Positions 1 to 7,755 of a DNA stretch of 64,000 nucleotides are shown here, piece after piece. A program made the translations under genes and the position numbers. The number at the start of each line of letters is the position of its first letter. Position 1 is the stretch's first letter. The notes under the pieces were generated by a model. It was given only the letters and a program-made list of their open reading frames with translations, ran no database searches and had not been told where the DNA came from. Source of the stretch: an uncultured Kiritimatiellota bacterium (lineage in GTDB: Bacteria; Verrucomicrobiota; Kiritimatiellia; RFP12; DVOR01); the NCBI GenBank assembly GCA_944389945.1, contig CALXOF010000001.1, positions 3,016 through 67,015 on the forward strand, given 5' to 3'.

Positions 1-1
1 C

Positions 2-1054
2 CGCGAGGATGATGCCAAGAACGCCGAAGCGCAAATTGCAGAGGTCAAGAAGGTCCTTGCTAAGGGCAACGATGTTCTTGCTCGTTCCGTAGGCCAGACA
101 TCCTCGAAATCTAATTTCCAAGAGTTCGTTAGTGAGAGCACTAAATCGGAATCTGGTTTCCAAGAGGTCATTCGTACGCGCGTTGATGAGCTTAATCGGC
201 GTCAGAAGACTCCCACTGCCCAGCGCGTGCGTGGGCAGACCGCTCAGAATCTGCAGGAGGAGATGAACTACTCCTTTGAACGTTATATCAAAGATAAGAA
301 GTTGCCTGATAAACCGAACATCCCGCGTTTGGCTCGCCAGTTCGCCACCATTTATCACGTTTGTGACACCCTTGTGGATAACGGCACCATTCTGATTACC
401 GATGTCCAGCGTACGCGCTTTGACGGTGGCGCCGCCGAGGAAGAGGAAGAGACCACCACCCGCCGTCGTCGTTCCTCCCGCCGCAATGAGCCCGCGGAAG
501 CGACCACGTCCACCTATCCCTTGCCGGTCATCCAGGCCGCCGCGGAAGCGGATGGTGAGGGAACGGCGAAGACTGCGAAACCGGTCGACGTTGCCAAGGT
601 CGCCAAGGCCCTCAAGGACGACGGCGTGGTCTGTGAGAGCTACGCCATCACCTTCCGTGCGCCCTACGCCACCATCGCCAAGACCCTCAACGACTTCGCC
701 GCCGACGACCTCTTCATCGTCGTCACCGACCTCTCCATCACCAGCCAGAGCCTGGTCGAGACCAAGGCCGAAGAGCTCGTTCGCAAGCGCCGCACCATCC
801 GTGACTCCGCGCTCAATCGCGCCCGGGCCTCTGCCGAGAATGCCGCGCGCGCCGAGGAGCTCGCCAAGCGCGGACTCTTCGAGGGTGTCGCCGTCGACCA
901 GCGCCTCGTCTCCGACCCCGAGACCGCTGATCCTCTCCAGATTGTCCTCCGTTTCGACGTCTACACCGTCGAAGCTCCCAAGGCTGACGAAGCACCCGAC
1001 GCTCCCACGGCCCCTGAAGCCGGCGCGGCCGCACCCGAGAAGGAAGGGAACTGA
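2..1054 (+). CDS. Hypothetical protein, 5'-partial (open from window start); acidic/Arg-rich linker 'EEEEETTTRRRRSSRR', Ala/Pro-rich tail
   Basis: Frame of ORF 227..1054 stays open back to nt 2. Coding-like codon usage. Stop TGA at 1052-1054 is 2 nt before the next ATG, indicating translational coupling. Confidence 0.5.
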   Translation, partial: REDDAKNAEAQIAEVKKVLAKGNDVLARSVGQTSSKSNFQEFVSESTKSESGFQEVIRTRVDELNRRQKTPTAQRVRGQTAQNLQEEMNYSFERYIKDKKLPDKPNIPRLARQFATIYHVCDTLVDNGTILITDVQRTRFDGGAAEEEEETTTRRRRSSRRNEPAEATTSTYPLPVIQAAAEADGEGTAKTAKPVDVAKVAKALKDDGVVCESYAITFRAPYATIAKTLNDFAADDLFIVVTDLSITSQSLVETKAEELVRKRRTIRDSALNRARASAENAARAEELAKRGLFEGVAVDQRLVSDPETADPLQIVLRFDVYTVEAPKADEAPDAPTAPEAGAAAPEKEGN

Positions 1055-1056
1055 CC

Positions 1057-2325
1057 ATGGCCAAAGATCTTCCACCCATCCTGCGTCAATACGACCGCCT
1101 CATCGCTGTCGGCGTCTTGGCTGCCGTCGCAATCTCCTTGATTTACCTTGTTGTCTTCGGCATCAAGGCCAGGGACGATGAGGAGAAATTCAAGACCAGC
1201 GTCGCCGCGCCGGACAGCGAGGTGAAGCCCCTCGAGGACTTCTCCGCCCTCTCTGCGGCAATCGCCGCCGTTGGCAAGCCCGATCGTGCCTCCACCCTCA
1301 AGGTGCGCGCCTCCGCCGCGGAGCCCGACCTCTTCACCCCCGAGCGCCGCGTCTTCTGCATCAAGTGCGCCAGCCCCATCACCTTCGAGGGCGAGGACCG
1401 CGACGAGGCGCAGAAGTGCTCCATCTGCGGTGCCGATCAGCCCGTCAAGGAGAAGATCGACTACACCACCGTCGACAGCGACGAAGACGGCCTGCCCGAT
1501 GTCTGGGAGACCGCCAACAAGCTCGACCCCAACGACCCCGCCGACGCCGATGCCGACAACGACAGCGACGGCTTCACCAACATCCAGGAATACCAGGCCA
1601 AGACCGACCCCAACGACCCCAAGAGCCACCCCTCCTACGATGGCTTCCTCCGCGTGGGCGAAATCACCGGCACCAAGGTCCCCCTGCGCATCATCAACGC
1701 CATGCGCCTCCCCGATGAGACGGGCGCCGACGGCAAGCCGAACCAGGCCTACCGCGTGACCTTCGTCTCCGTCGCCGAAGACGGCACCCCCGGCACCGCG
1801 AACATCGTCGCCAAGACCGGCAAGCCCGTCTACAAGAGCAAGGGCGTCATCGAGACCAGTTCCGCAATCGGCAAGAGCGGTTTCTCTATCGTCAGCTACA
1901 ACCGTGTGGACAAGAAGCCCATCAAGGTTGGTCCGCATGGCACCACGCAGCTGATTGAGGTCTCCACCGCCGTTGTCAAGCGCGACTCCGATGGCAAGAC
2001 CGCCACCCTCACCCACTGGGATAGGAACAACCCTGATTGGCCCGGCGAGCCCCTCCTCGAGCAGAAGGTCGAGCTTTCCTGCGAGCTCTCCGGCGTTGAG
2101 CCCGCCACCCTCATCGAAGGCGGCACCTACCGCGTCAAGAGCGACACCTACGTCGTCAAGAAGATCAATCCCGACGCCAAGACCGTCACCCTGGTGCATC
2201 GCGCGGATAAGCGCGAGGTCGTCGTCGGCGAGTCTGGGCCGGTCGCGGCCGCCGCCAAGCCTGCGGCCGCCAAGCCCACCCCGGCCCCGGCCGCGGCTCA
2301 GCCTTCGGGAGGTCAGAAGAAATGA
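1057..2325 (+). CDS. Membrane-anchored protein with Cys4 zinc-ribbon (CIKC...CSIC) and thrombospondin-type-3/dockerin-like Ca-binding repeats (DSDEDGLPDVWE, DNDSDGFTNIQE)
   Basis: N-terminal TM helix 'LIAVGVLAAVAISLIYLVVFGI'. CxxC...CxxC motif. Repeated DxDxDGxxDxxE motifs. Ala/Pro-rich C-terminus. Coupled to the upstream gene. Confidence 0.6.
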   Translation: MAKDLPPILRQYDRLIAVGVLAAVAISLIYLVVFGIKARDDEEKFKTSVAAPDSEVKPLEDFSALSAAIAAVGKPDRASTLKVRASAAEPDLFTPERRVFCIKCASPITFEGEDRDEAQKCSICGADQPVKEKIDYTTVDSDEDGLPDVWETANKLDPNDPADADADNDSDGFTNIQEYQAKTDPNDPKSHPSYDGFLRVGEITGTKVPLRIINAMRLPDETGADGKPNQAYRVTFVSVAEDGTPGTANIVAKTGKPVYKSKGVIETSSAIGKSGFSIVSYNRVDKKPIKVGPHGTTQLIEVSTAVVKRDSDGKTATLTHWDRNNPDWPGEPLLEQKVELSCELSGVEPATLIEGGTYRVKSDTYVVKKINPDAKTVTLVHRADKREVVVGESGPVAAAAKPAAAKPTPAPAAAQPSGGQKK

Positions 2326-2475
2326 CCTCAACCCTTGATTTTGCGGGCTTCCAGCCCGTTGTCGTAGCCCCACGCGCAACCTTTGCCGCCAAGGGCAAAA
2401 CCGCAAAAAGCAATTTTTTCGCCACCGCCGGGTTACCCGGCTTGGCGAAAAAATAAGCCCGATGCGGTTTTTGAG

Positions 2476-2504
2476 TTGAAATAATCGTTGCGATGGGCTA
2501 TACT
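2476..2504 (+). promoter_or_regulatory. Sigma70-like promoter for the secretin gene (TTGAAA-17 nt-TATACT)
   Basis: TTGAAA at 2476-2481 and TATACT at 2499-2504 with a 17-nt spacer. GGAG Shine-Dalgarno at about 2541. ATG at 2558. Confidence 0.35.
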
Positions 2505-2557
2505 GACATCACGATTTGGATTTGGGCGAGGCCCAATAAAAGCGGAGAACACGTGCT

Positions 2558-5500
2558 ATGACACACTTTGTGCGCTATGCAATGGTCGGCGTGATGGTCG
2601 CCGGGGCGTCTTACTGCGCCCACGCGCAAGAAGATGACCTCGATGCGCTCTTGAGCGATTTGCTCGCCGAAGAGTCCGCCGTCGAGCAGGAGGAGCCTCA
2701 GGCCGAGCCGGCCCCTGAGGTCCCCGCCGAGCCCGAGGTCGCCGAACTTCCCGAGGCTCCCGCGCCAGAGGTCTTGGACGACGTGCCCGCGCCCGTTGTG
2801 GAAGCGGCCGACGAAGTGGCTGGGGAGGCGTTGGATGCCGCCCTCGACACGCTCGTCGATGAAGCCGAGACCCCCGCCGAGCCCGAAGTGCCCGCCCCTG
2901 TCGAGGAAGTCGCCGAGGTGGCCGAGGAGCCCGCGCCTGAGGTGCCCGCCCCCGCCCCCGTTGAGGAGGCCGTCGCTGAGGTGGTCGAGGAGCCCGCGCC
3001 CGAAGTCCCCGCCGAGGAAGTCGCCGAGATCCCCGCTGAGGTGCCTGCGCCTGAAGTTCCTGCCGAGGAAGTCGCTGAGGTTCCCGCTGAGGAGCCTGCG
3101 CCTGCCGCCCAAGCCGACGAAGCGGCTGGTGCTTTGCTGGCAGGTGTCGATGCCGAAGCCCCCGCCGTTGAGCTCTCCGAAGAGGACAAGGCTTTCAACG
3201 AACTCGAGGCGCTCATGCGCCTCAAGAATCTGGGCCTCGACAACCACGCCAAGGCTTGCCTCAACCGAGCCCGTGAAATCATGAGCACGCCGCCCGAGCC
3301 CGGCAAGGCCATGGATCACTACAAGGCCGCCATCAAGATGTACACCGACGCCAAGGAGTACTTCCGCGAGCTCGAGGCCAACCTCCCCCTCAAGGATGAG
3401 TGCGACCGCGGCATCCGCGAGGCTCGCTACCGTCAGGCCTTCTCCCTCTTCGCCAACGACAAGGATTACGGCGCCGCCCTCAACCTCGCCCAGCAGGTGC
3501 AGCGCGAAGGTCACCCCAAGGCCGCCGCCCTCATCGCCGCCATCAACGCTGAGGTCAATCGTCCGCCGGAAATCCGTCCCACCCCCGTTCTCCCCGAGTT
3601 CGCTCAAGAGGATTACCAGCAGGCCCGCCTCGACGTGATGGAGCGTTACAAGCGCGCCACCGTCTACTACCACCTCGCCAAGTACAAAGAGGCCATCGAC
3701 CAGCTCGACCTCATCCTCCGCGATGACCCCAACAACGAGGATGCCATCAGCCTCCGCGAGCGCATCGCCAAGCGCAAAGATAGCCGCGACCGTCAGCTCC
3801 AGGCCTCCACCCACGCCGAGATGATCGACCAGGTCTCCTTCAACTGGACCCCTGTCGGCGCTCTCGCCCGTGACTCCGAGGAGCTCTACGCGCCCACCGT
3901 CTCCACCGGTACCGCCGCCCCCGTCGACGAGCAGGGCCAGCGCGACGAGCAGGCCGTCATCGCCAAGCTCCAGTACATCCGCCTCCCCGAGTTCTCCATT
4001 CGCCCGCCGAGCACCCTCGCCGACGCCGTGCAGATGTTCGCCGAGATGTCCCGCACCTATGACCGTCCCGAGCTTCCTCCGGAAGAGCGCGGCCTCTCCT
4101 TCGTGCTGAACATGAACTCCGGCGCCCCCACTCCCGCCGCCGACGTCGAGGCCGATCCCTTCGCCACCACCGACACTTCCGCCTCCAGCGGCCTGCCGCC
4201 CATCCAGAACATCAGCCTCACCTGGGTCACCCTCAAAGAGGCGCTCGACATGGTCTGCATGGTCACCAACACCAAGTACATCGTCCGCGGCAAGAACGTC
4301 ATCGTCGTTCCCAACACCTTCGTTGAAGGTGAGATGGAGACCCGCACCTACAACGTCATGGGCGACCTGATGGACAAGGTCAGCGGCGTCCAGGCCGACC
4401 TCCAGGCCTCCTCCGACTTCGGTTCCTCCTCCGGCGACGACTGGGGTAGCATGGACACTGCCTCCCTCTCCTCCGGCGGCGGCTCCGCCACCCCCGATCA
4501 GCTGAAGAGCTTCTTCCAGGAGCTCGGCGTGCCCTTCGAGGGCGATGCGCGCATCGTTTACCTCCCCACCATCGGTAAGCTCCGCGTCACCAACACCGCC
4601 CAGAACCTCGCCATCTTCGAAGGCATCCTCGAAGAGCTCAACGTCACCCCCTATCAGATCGAGGTTGAGGCTCGCTTCGTCGAAGTCAGCCAGGAAGACC
4701 TCAACTCCCTCGGCTTCGAGTGGCAGCTCAATAGCGACATCGTCGGCACCATCGGTTCCGGCATCGACTGGGCTGACAGCGCCATCACCGGCAACCCCTC
4801 CGGCGGTTCTGGTGCGGGCGGCATCGGCGCCACCGGTGACCACGTCTTCCGTCCCGGCTCCATCAGCGGTACCGGCGATGGCAACGTTGCCATCCACGGA
4901 GGCTCCTTCAACAACGGCATGCGCTTCCTCGGTGACTCCTCCACCTACGCCAACCGCATCAACTTGAGCGGCGCCACCCTCGCCCCCAACGACGAGTTCC
5001 TCGGCTTCTCCGCCGTCTTCGGCCAGATGGATGTCTCCCTCATCCTCCATATGCTCGCCCAGCGCACCGACACCGACATGCTCTCCAGCCCGAAGGTGCT
5101 CGCCCGCCCGAACGAAGAGGCCCTCATCCGCGTCGTGACCGAGTGGATTTACCCCACCGAGTTCGACGTCACCGAGCTCGACAACGACGACAACAACGAC
5201 AACAACAACAACTGGGGCATCGGCAACGGCGGCACCACCGTCCAGGCCCCGCCCGTCAAGTTCGCCGTTGAGCCTCAGTCCTTCGAGAAGCAGGATGTCG
5301 GTGTCTCCCTCCAGGTCATCCCGCAGGTCTCCCAGGAAGGCCAGATGATCAACCTCACCGTCGCCCCCAAGGTCGTGGAATATCTCGGCGACTTCGAGTA
5401 CGGCATGCAGGTCCCCTACGTGCAGTACGGCATGACCGGTGGCGTCGTCACCTCCGCCGAGGTCGAGTACTACCAGGTCTCCATGCCTCAGCCCATGTTC

Positions 5501-5809
5501 CACTTCCGCGAGATCAACACCTCCCTCTCCGTCTACAACGGCTCCACCGTGGTCATGGGCGGTTTGATCACCGAGAACCGCAACTCCTTCGAGGATAAGA
5601 TTCCGATTCTGGGTGACCTGCCCTTCATCGGCTTCCTCTTCCGCTCCACCGGTGAGTACAGCGAGAAGCGCAACCTCCTCGTCTTCCTCACCGCCCGCCT
5701 CGTCGATCCCGCCGGCCGTCCCCTCAAGACCGCCACCGATGGTCGCATGGGTGCCGGCGCCATGAACACCAGCGCCTCCGACACCATGTCCTCCACCGTC
5801 CAGCCCTAA
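2558..5809 (+). CDS. Giant secretin (GspD/PilQ family) with N-terminal acidic PEVPA-type repeat region and TPR-like segment
   Basis: Signal peptide 'MVGVMVAGASYCAHA'. Approx. 2690-3120 encodes tandem (E/A)P(A/E)PEVPA repeats. TPR-like 'YYHLAKYKEAIDQLDLIL'. C-terminal secretin domain motifs 'VVMGGLITE...IPILGDLPFIGFLFRS...NLLVFLTARLV'. Confidence 0.85.
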   Translation: MTHFVRYAMVGVMVAGASYCAHAQEDDLDALLSDLLAEESAVEQEEPQAEPAPEVPAEPEVAELPEAPAPEVLDDVPAPVVEAADEVAGEALDAALDTLVDEAETPAEPEVPAPVEEVAEVAEEPAPEVPAPAPVEEAVAEVVEEPAPEVPAEEVAEIPAEVPAPEVPAEEVAEVPAEEPAPAAQADEAAGALLAGVDAEAPAVELSEEDKAFNELEALMRLKNLGLDNHAKACLNRAREIMSTPPEPGKAMDHYKAAIKMYTDAKEYFRELEANLPLKDECDRGIREARYRQAFSLFANDKDYGAALNLAQQVQREGHPKAAALIAAINAEVNRPPEIRPTPVLPEFAQEDYQQARLDVMERYKRATVYYHLAKYKEAIDQLDLILRDDPNNEDAISLRERIAKRKDSRDRQLQASTHAEMIDQVSFNWTPVGALARDSEELYAPTVSTGTAAPVDEQGQRDEQAVIAKLQYIRLPEFSIRPPSTLADAVQMFAEMSRTYDRPELPPEERGLSFVLNMNSGAPTPAADVEADPFATTDTSASSGLPPIQNISLTWVTLKEALDMVCMVTNTKYIVRGKNVIVVPNTFVEGEMETRTYNVMGDLMDKVSGVQADLQASSDFGSSSGDDWGSMDTASLSSGGGSATPDQLKSFFQELGVPFEGDARIVYLPTIGKLRVTNTAQNLAIFEGILEELNVTPYQIEVEARFVEVSQEDLNSLGFEWQLNSDIVGTIGSGIDWADSAITGNPSGGSGAGGIGATGDHVFRPGSISGTGDGNVAIHGGSFNNGMRFLGDSSTYANRINLSGATLAPNDEFLGFSAVFGQMDVSLILHMLAQRTDTDMLSSPKVLARPNEEALIRVVTEWIYPTEFDVTELDNDDNNDNNNNWGIGNGGTTVQAPPVKFAVEPQSFEKQDVGVSLQVIPQVSQEGQMINLTVAPKVVEYLGDFEYGMQVPYVQYGMTGGVVTSAEVEYYQVSMPQPMFHFREINTSLSVYNGSTVVMGGLITENRNSFEDKIPILGDLPFIGFLFRSTGEYSEKRNLLVFLTARLVDPAGRPLKTATDGRMGAGAMNTSASDTMSSTVQP

Positions 5810-5826
5810 ACGCGGCGAAACACACC

Positions 5827-5857
5827 AAAAAGCCCCGGCACCGCCGGGGCTTTTTTG
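5827..5857 (+). terminator. Rho-independent terminator after secretin
   Basis: Hairpin agccccggc-acc-gccggggct followed by TTTTTTG. Confidence 0.7.
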
Positions 5858-5902
5858 TTCTTCCCCACCGACTTTTCCTCCACCGCCAAAAGGGTCTCGG
5901 CG

Positions 5903-6009
5903 AAACCCTTAAGGGTCCGCCCTGAGACCCTATAGTGGTCCGAGGTCAACCACTATAGTGGTCGGGGTCGAGACCCTATAGTGGTCCAGGTCGAAACCCT
6001 TAAGGGTTC
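5903..6009. repeat. MITE-like palindrome array (copy 1): aacccttaagggt ends flanking 3 x gacc(c/a)ctatagtggtc
   Basis: Perfect 16-bp palindrome GACCACTATAGTGGTC and variants at a 24-25 bp period. Terminal 13-bp palindrome AACCCTTAAGGGT. Same element at 21688, 35648 and (variant) 51724. Confidence 0.8.
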
Positions 6010-6099
6010 TCTAGGGACGGCTCAAGCCTCCCCTTGGCAGTCCTGCGTGTGGTCAGTAGTGTCCGGGGAAATCGGCAAGCCTCCTTTTTCGCAAAAACG

Positions 6100-6370
6100 C
6101 CGGTGCGCGCGAAGCCAGATGGGCTAACGCCGGTCGCTTTGCGGGCTAAACGCCCGCTGATCGCTCCTTCCCGCCCATCGTCTTCGCGCTTGAAGGAGAG
6201 AAGGAGGGGTGTGGGGCAAAGCCCCTCCCCGACAAAACCAAACTTCCAAGCCTCCAAGCTTCTAAACTTCCTCATTTCCTTTTGGCGCAGGAAAGTGGGG
6301 CGCGGGAGGGCGCACGACTGTGCGCCCGGCGTTAGCGCCCCACCTTTCCTGCAAGATTTGCTTCTTTGCG
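6100..6370. repeat. Left arm of about 250-bp inverted repeat flanking the lipoprotein gene
   Basis: The stretch gccggtcgctttgcgggctaaacgcccgctgatcgctccttcccgcccatcgtcttcgcgcttgaagg...gcgcccggcgttagcgccccacctttcctgcaagatttgc reappears reverse-complemented at about 7205-7420. A related copy lies at about 12095-12215. Confidence 0.6.
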
Positions 6371-6408
6371 GTTCTTTCATTTTTCCGGATTGTATTGGCG
6401 GGGGCTTA

Positions 6409-6438
6409 CTTGACAGGGATGGGGAGGTGTGCTAGAGT
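6409..6438 (+). promoter_or_regulatory. Sigma70-like promoter (TTGACA-18 nt-TAGAGT) for lipoprotein gene
   Basis: TTGACA at 6409-6414 and TAGAGT at 6433-6438. AAGGAG ribosome-binding site at about 6511. Confidence 0.35.
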
Positions 6439-6525
6439 ATAGCCGTTTTGGACGTAAGTCCCGGGGTGGCATTCCCCTTTCCGTGCCGCGCCGTGTCTGT
6501 AGGAAAGGGAAGGAGAAACCAACCA

Positions 6526-7142
6526 TGAAACTCACTCCGTTCGCCTGCGCGGCGTTGGGCCTCATTGCCCTCACCGGTTGCACGTCTTATTACACCGAGC
6601 GCGGCGCTCAGCCGCTCGTCAACCCCGGCGCGTTGGCCGGCCCCGAATACCACACCGATTGGCAGGTCGCCGACAAGAAGGTCTCCGCCGAAGGCTCCGC
6701 CAAGGTCATCTTCTGGGTCTTCACCAGCGGCGAGCCCAAGTACGCCGAGGTCCCCGGCTTCACCGCCGGCATCTTCCCCATCGACCGCGCCATCTACAAG
6801 GCCAAGGCCGCCGCCACCTATGAGGCCTGCGCCGCCAACAAGGCCGACGCGCTCCTCGGCGTGACCTACTCCTACAAAATCACCGACTACTTCTTCACCT
6901 CCGTCGTCGAGTGCCAGGTGCAGGGCTTCCCGGCCACCATCACCGGTGTCAAGATTCAGGAAGACCGCCCCGTCCTCATCGACAAGACCAAGGAGCTCAT
7001 CCGCGTCAAGCCCTATGAGTCCATTCAGGATCTCTCCGGCACTCCGCGTATCGGCGTCTACGATTACCGTGGTGCCAAGACTTCCGTCGGTGGCGCCGCC
7101 GCCACGTCCGACTATCCCTGGCCGCTCTCCCTCTTCATGTGA
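6526..7142 (+). CDS. Lipoprotein of unknown function
   Basis: Start chosen at ATG 6526 ('MKLTPFACAALGLIALTGC', lipobox LTGC) with an AAGGAG Shine-Dalgarno, rather than the track start at 6429. Confidence 0.65.
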
Positions 7143-7163
7143 GCCCCAGGCGATTGCCCAAAA

Positions 7164-7194
7164 GGCCCTCGGCTCCCCGCCGAGGACCTTTTTT
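7164..7194 (+). terminator. Rho-independent terminator after lipoprotein gene
   Basis: ggccctcggc-tcccc-gccgaggacc stem (one mismatch) followed by TTTTTTG. Confidence 0.55.
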
Positions 7195-7204
7195 GTGTCG
7201 GGCC

Positions 7205-7420
7205 AAGCCTTTTTCCGGAGACTGCGCTCAATACTGTCCAGGGAAAATAGGCCGCAAAGACGCGACTCTTGTAGGAAAGAAGGGGCGCCAACGCCGGGCG
7301 CATATCCGTGCGCACTCCCGCGCCCCACTTTCCTGCGCCGAAGATACTTGAGAGACGGCCCAAGCGCGAAGACGATGGACGGGAGGGAGCGGTCAGCGGA
7401 CGTTTAGCCACAAAGCGACC
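7205..7420. repeat. Right (inverted) arm of the repeat flanking the lipoprotein gene
   Basis: Reverse complement of the 6115-6360 segment. Confidence 0.6.
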
Positions 7421-7755
7421 GCTGAAGCCTCTATTGTTCAGTTAGGGCACGTTGCAGACGTGCCGGGGGTGCAAAGAGAACGAAGGGGCGTGCCCCTGCC
7501 ACCCCTGCCGGGCTGTGGGGCAGCGCCCCACAGCCTTCTAATCAGCCAATCAGCCAATTTCTTTATGTGCCTTCGTGTCTTTTGTGATTTAAAATATTCT
7601 GGCAGTCCTGCCGGCGGTAGCCGGCCCCAAATCTGCCAAAATCTGCGAAATCTGCGGTTCCCCTTTGCACCGTGTTCTCTGTGTTCCTCTGTGAACCACT
7701 CTGTGAGTCTCTGTGATCTAAAACCAACGGCGGGAAGTTTGGTAAAATAGGAGGG

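Noticed and set aside
961-2406. 481-aa minus-strand ORF, and similar long antisense ORFs (2498..5503 -, 7762..10338 -, 15848..18145 -, 22321..23802 +, 37922..39046 +, 40445..42073 +, 45320..47089 +, 59563..61968 -, 10429..11727 -)
   Set aside because: Each lies entirely antisense to a well-supported gene (secretin, smc, metallophosphoesterase, ABC ATPase, gap, GHL10, DUF4340/GldG, uridine kinase). Gly/Ala/Arg-rich composition is typical of GC-rich shadow ORFs.
6429-7142. Track start 6429 for the lipoprotein gene, 15728 for the secreted protein, 51186 for rpsT, 33907..35079 single 390-aa ORF, 42055..42429 for infA, 30481..31422 for yebC
   Set aside because: Internal ATGs were chosen instead. 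They have good Shine-Dalgarno sequences and sit immediately before signal peptides or homologous N-termini. The upstream extensions run through promoter and repeat DNA.
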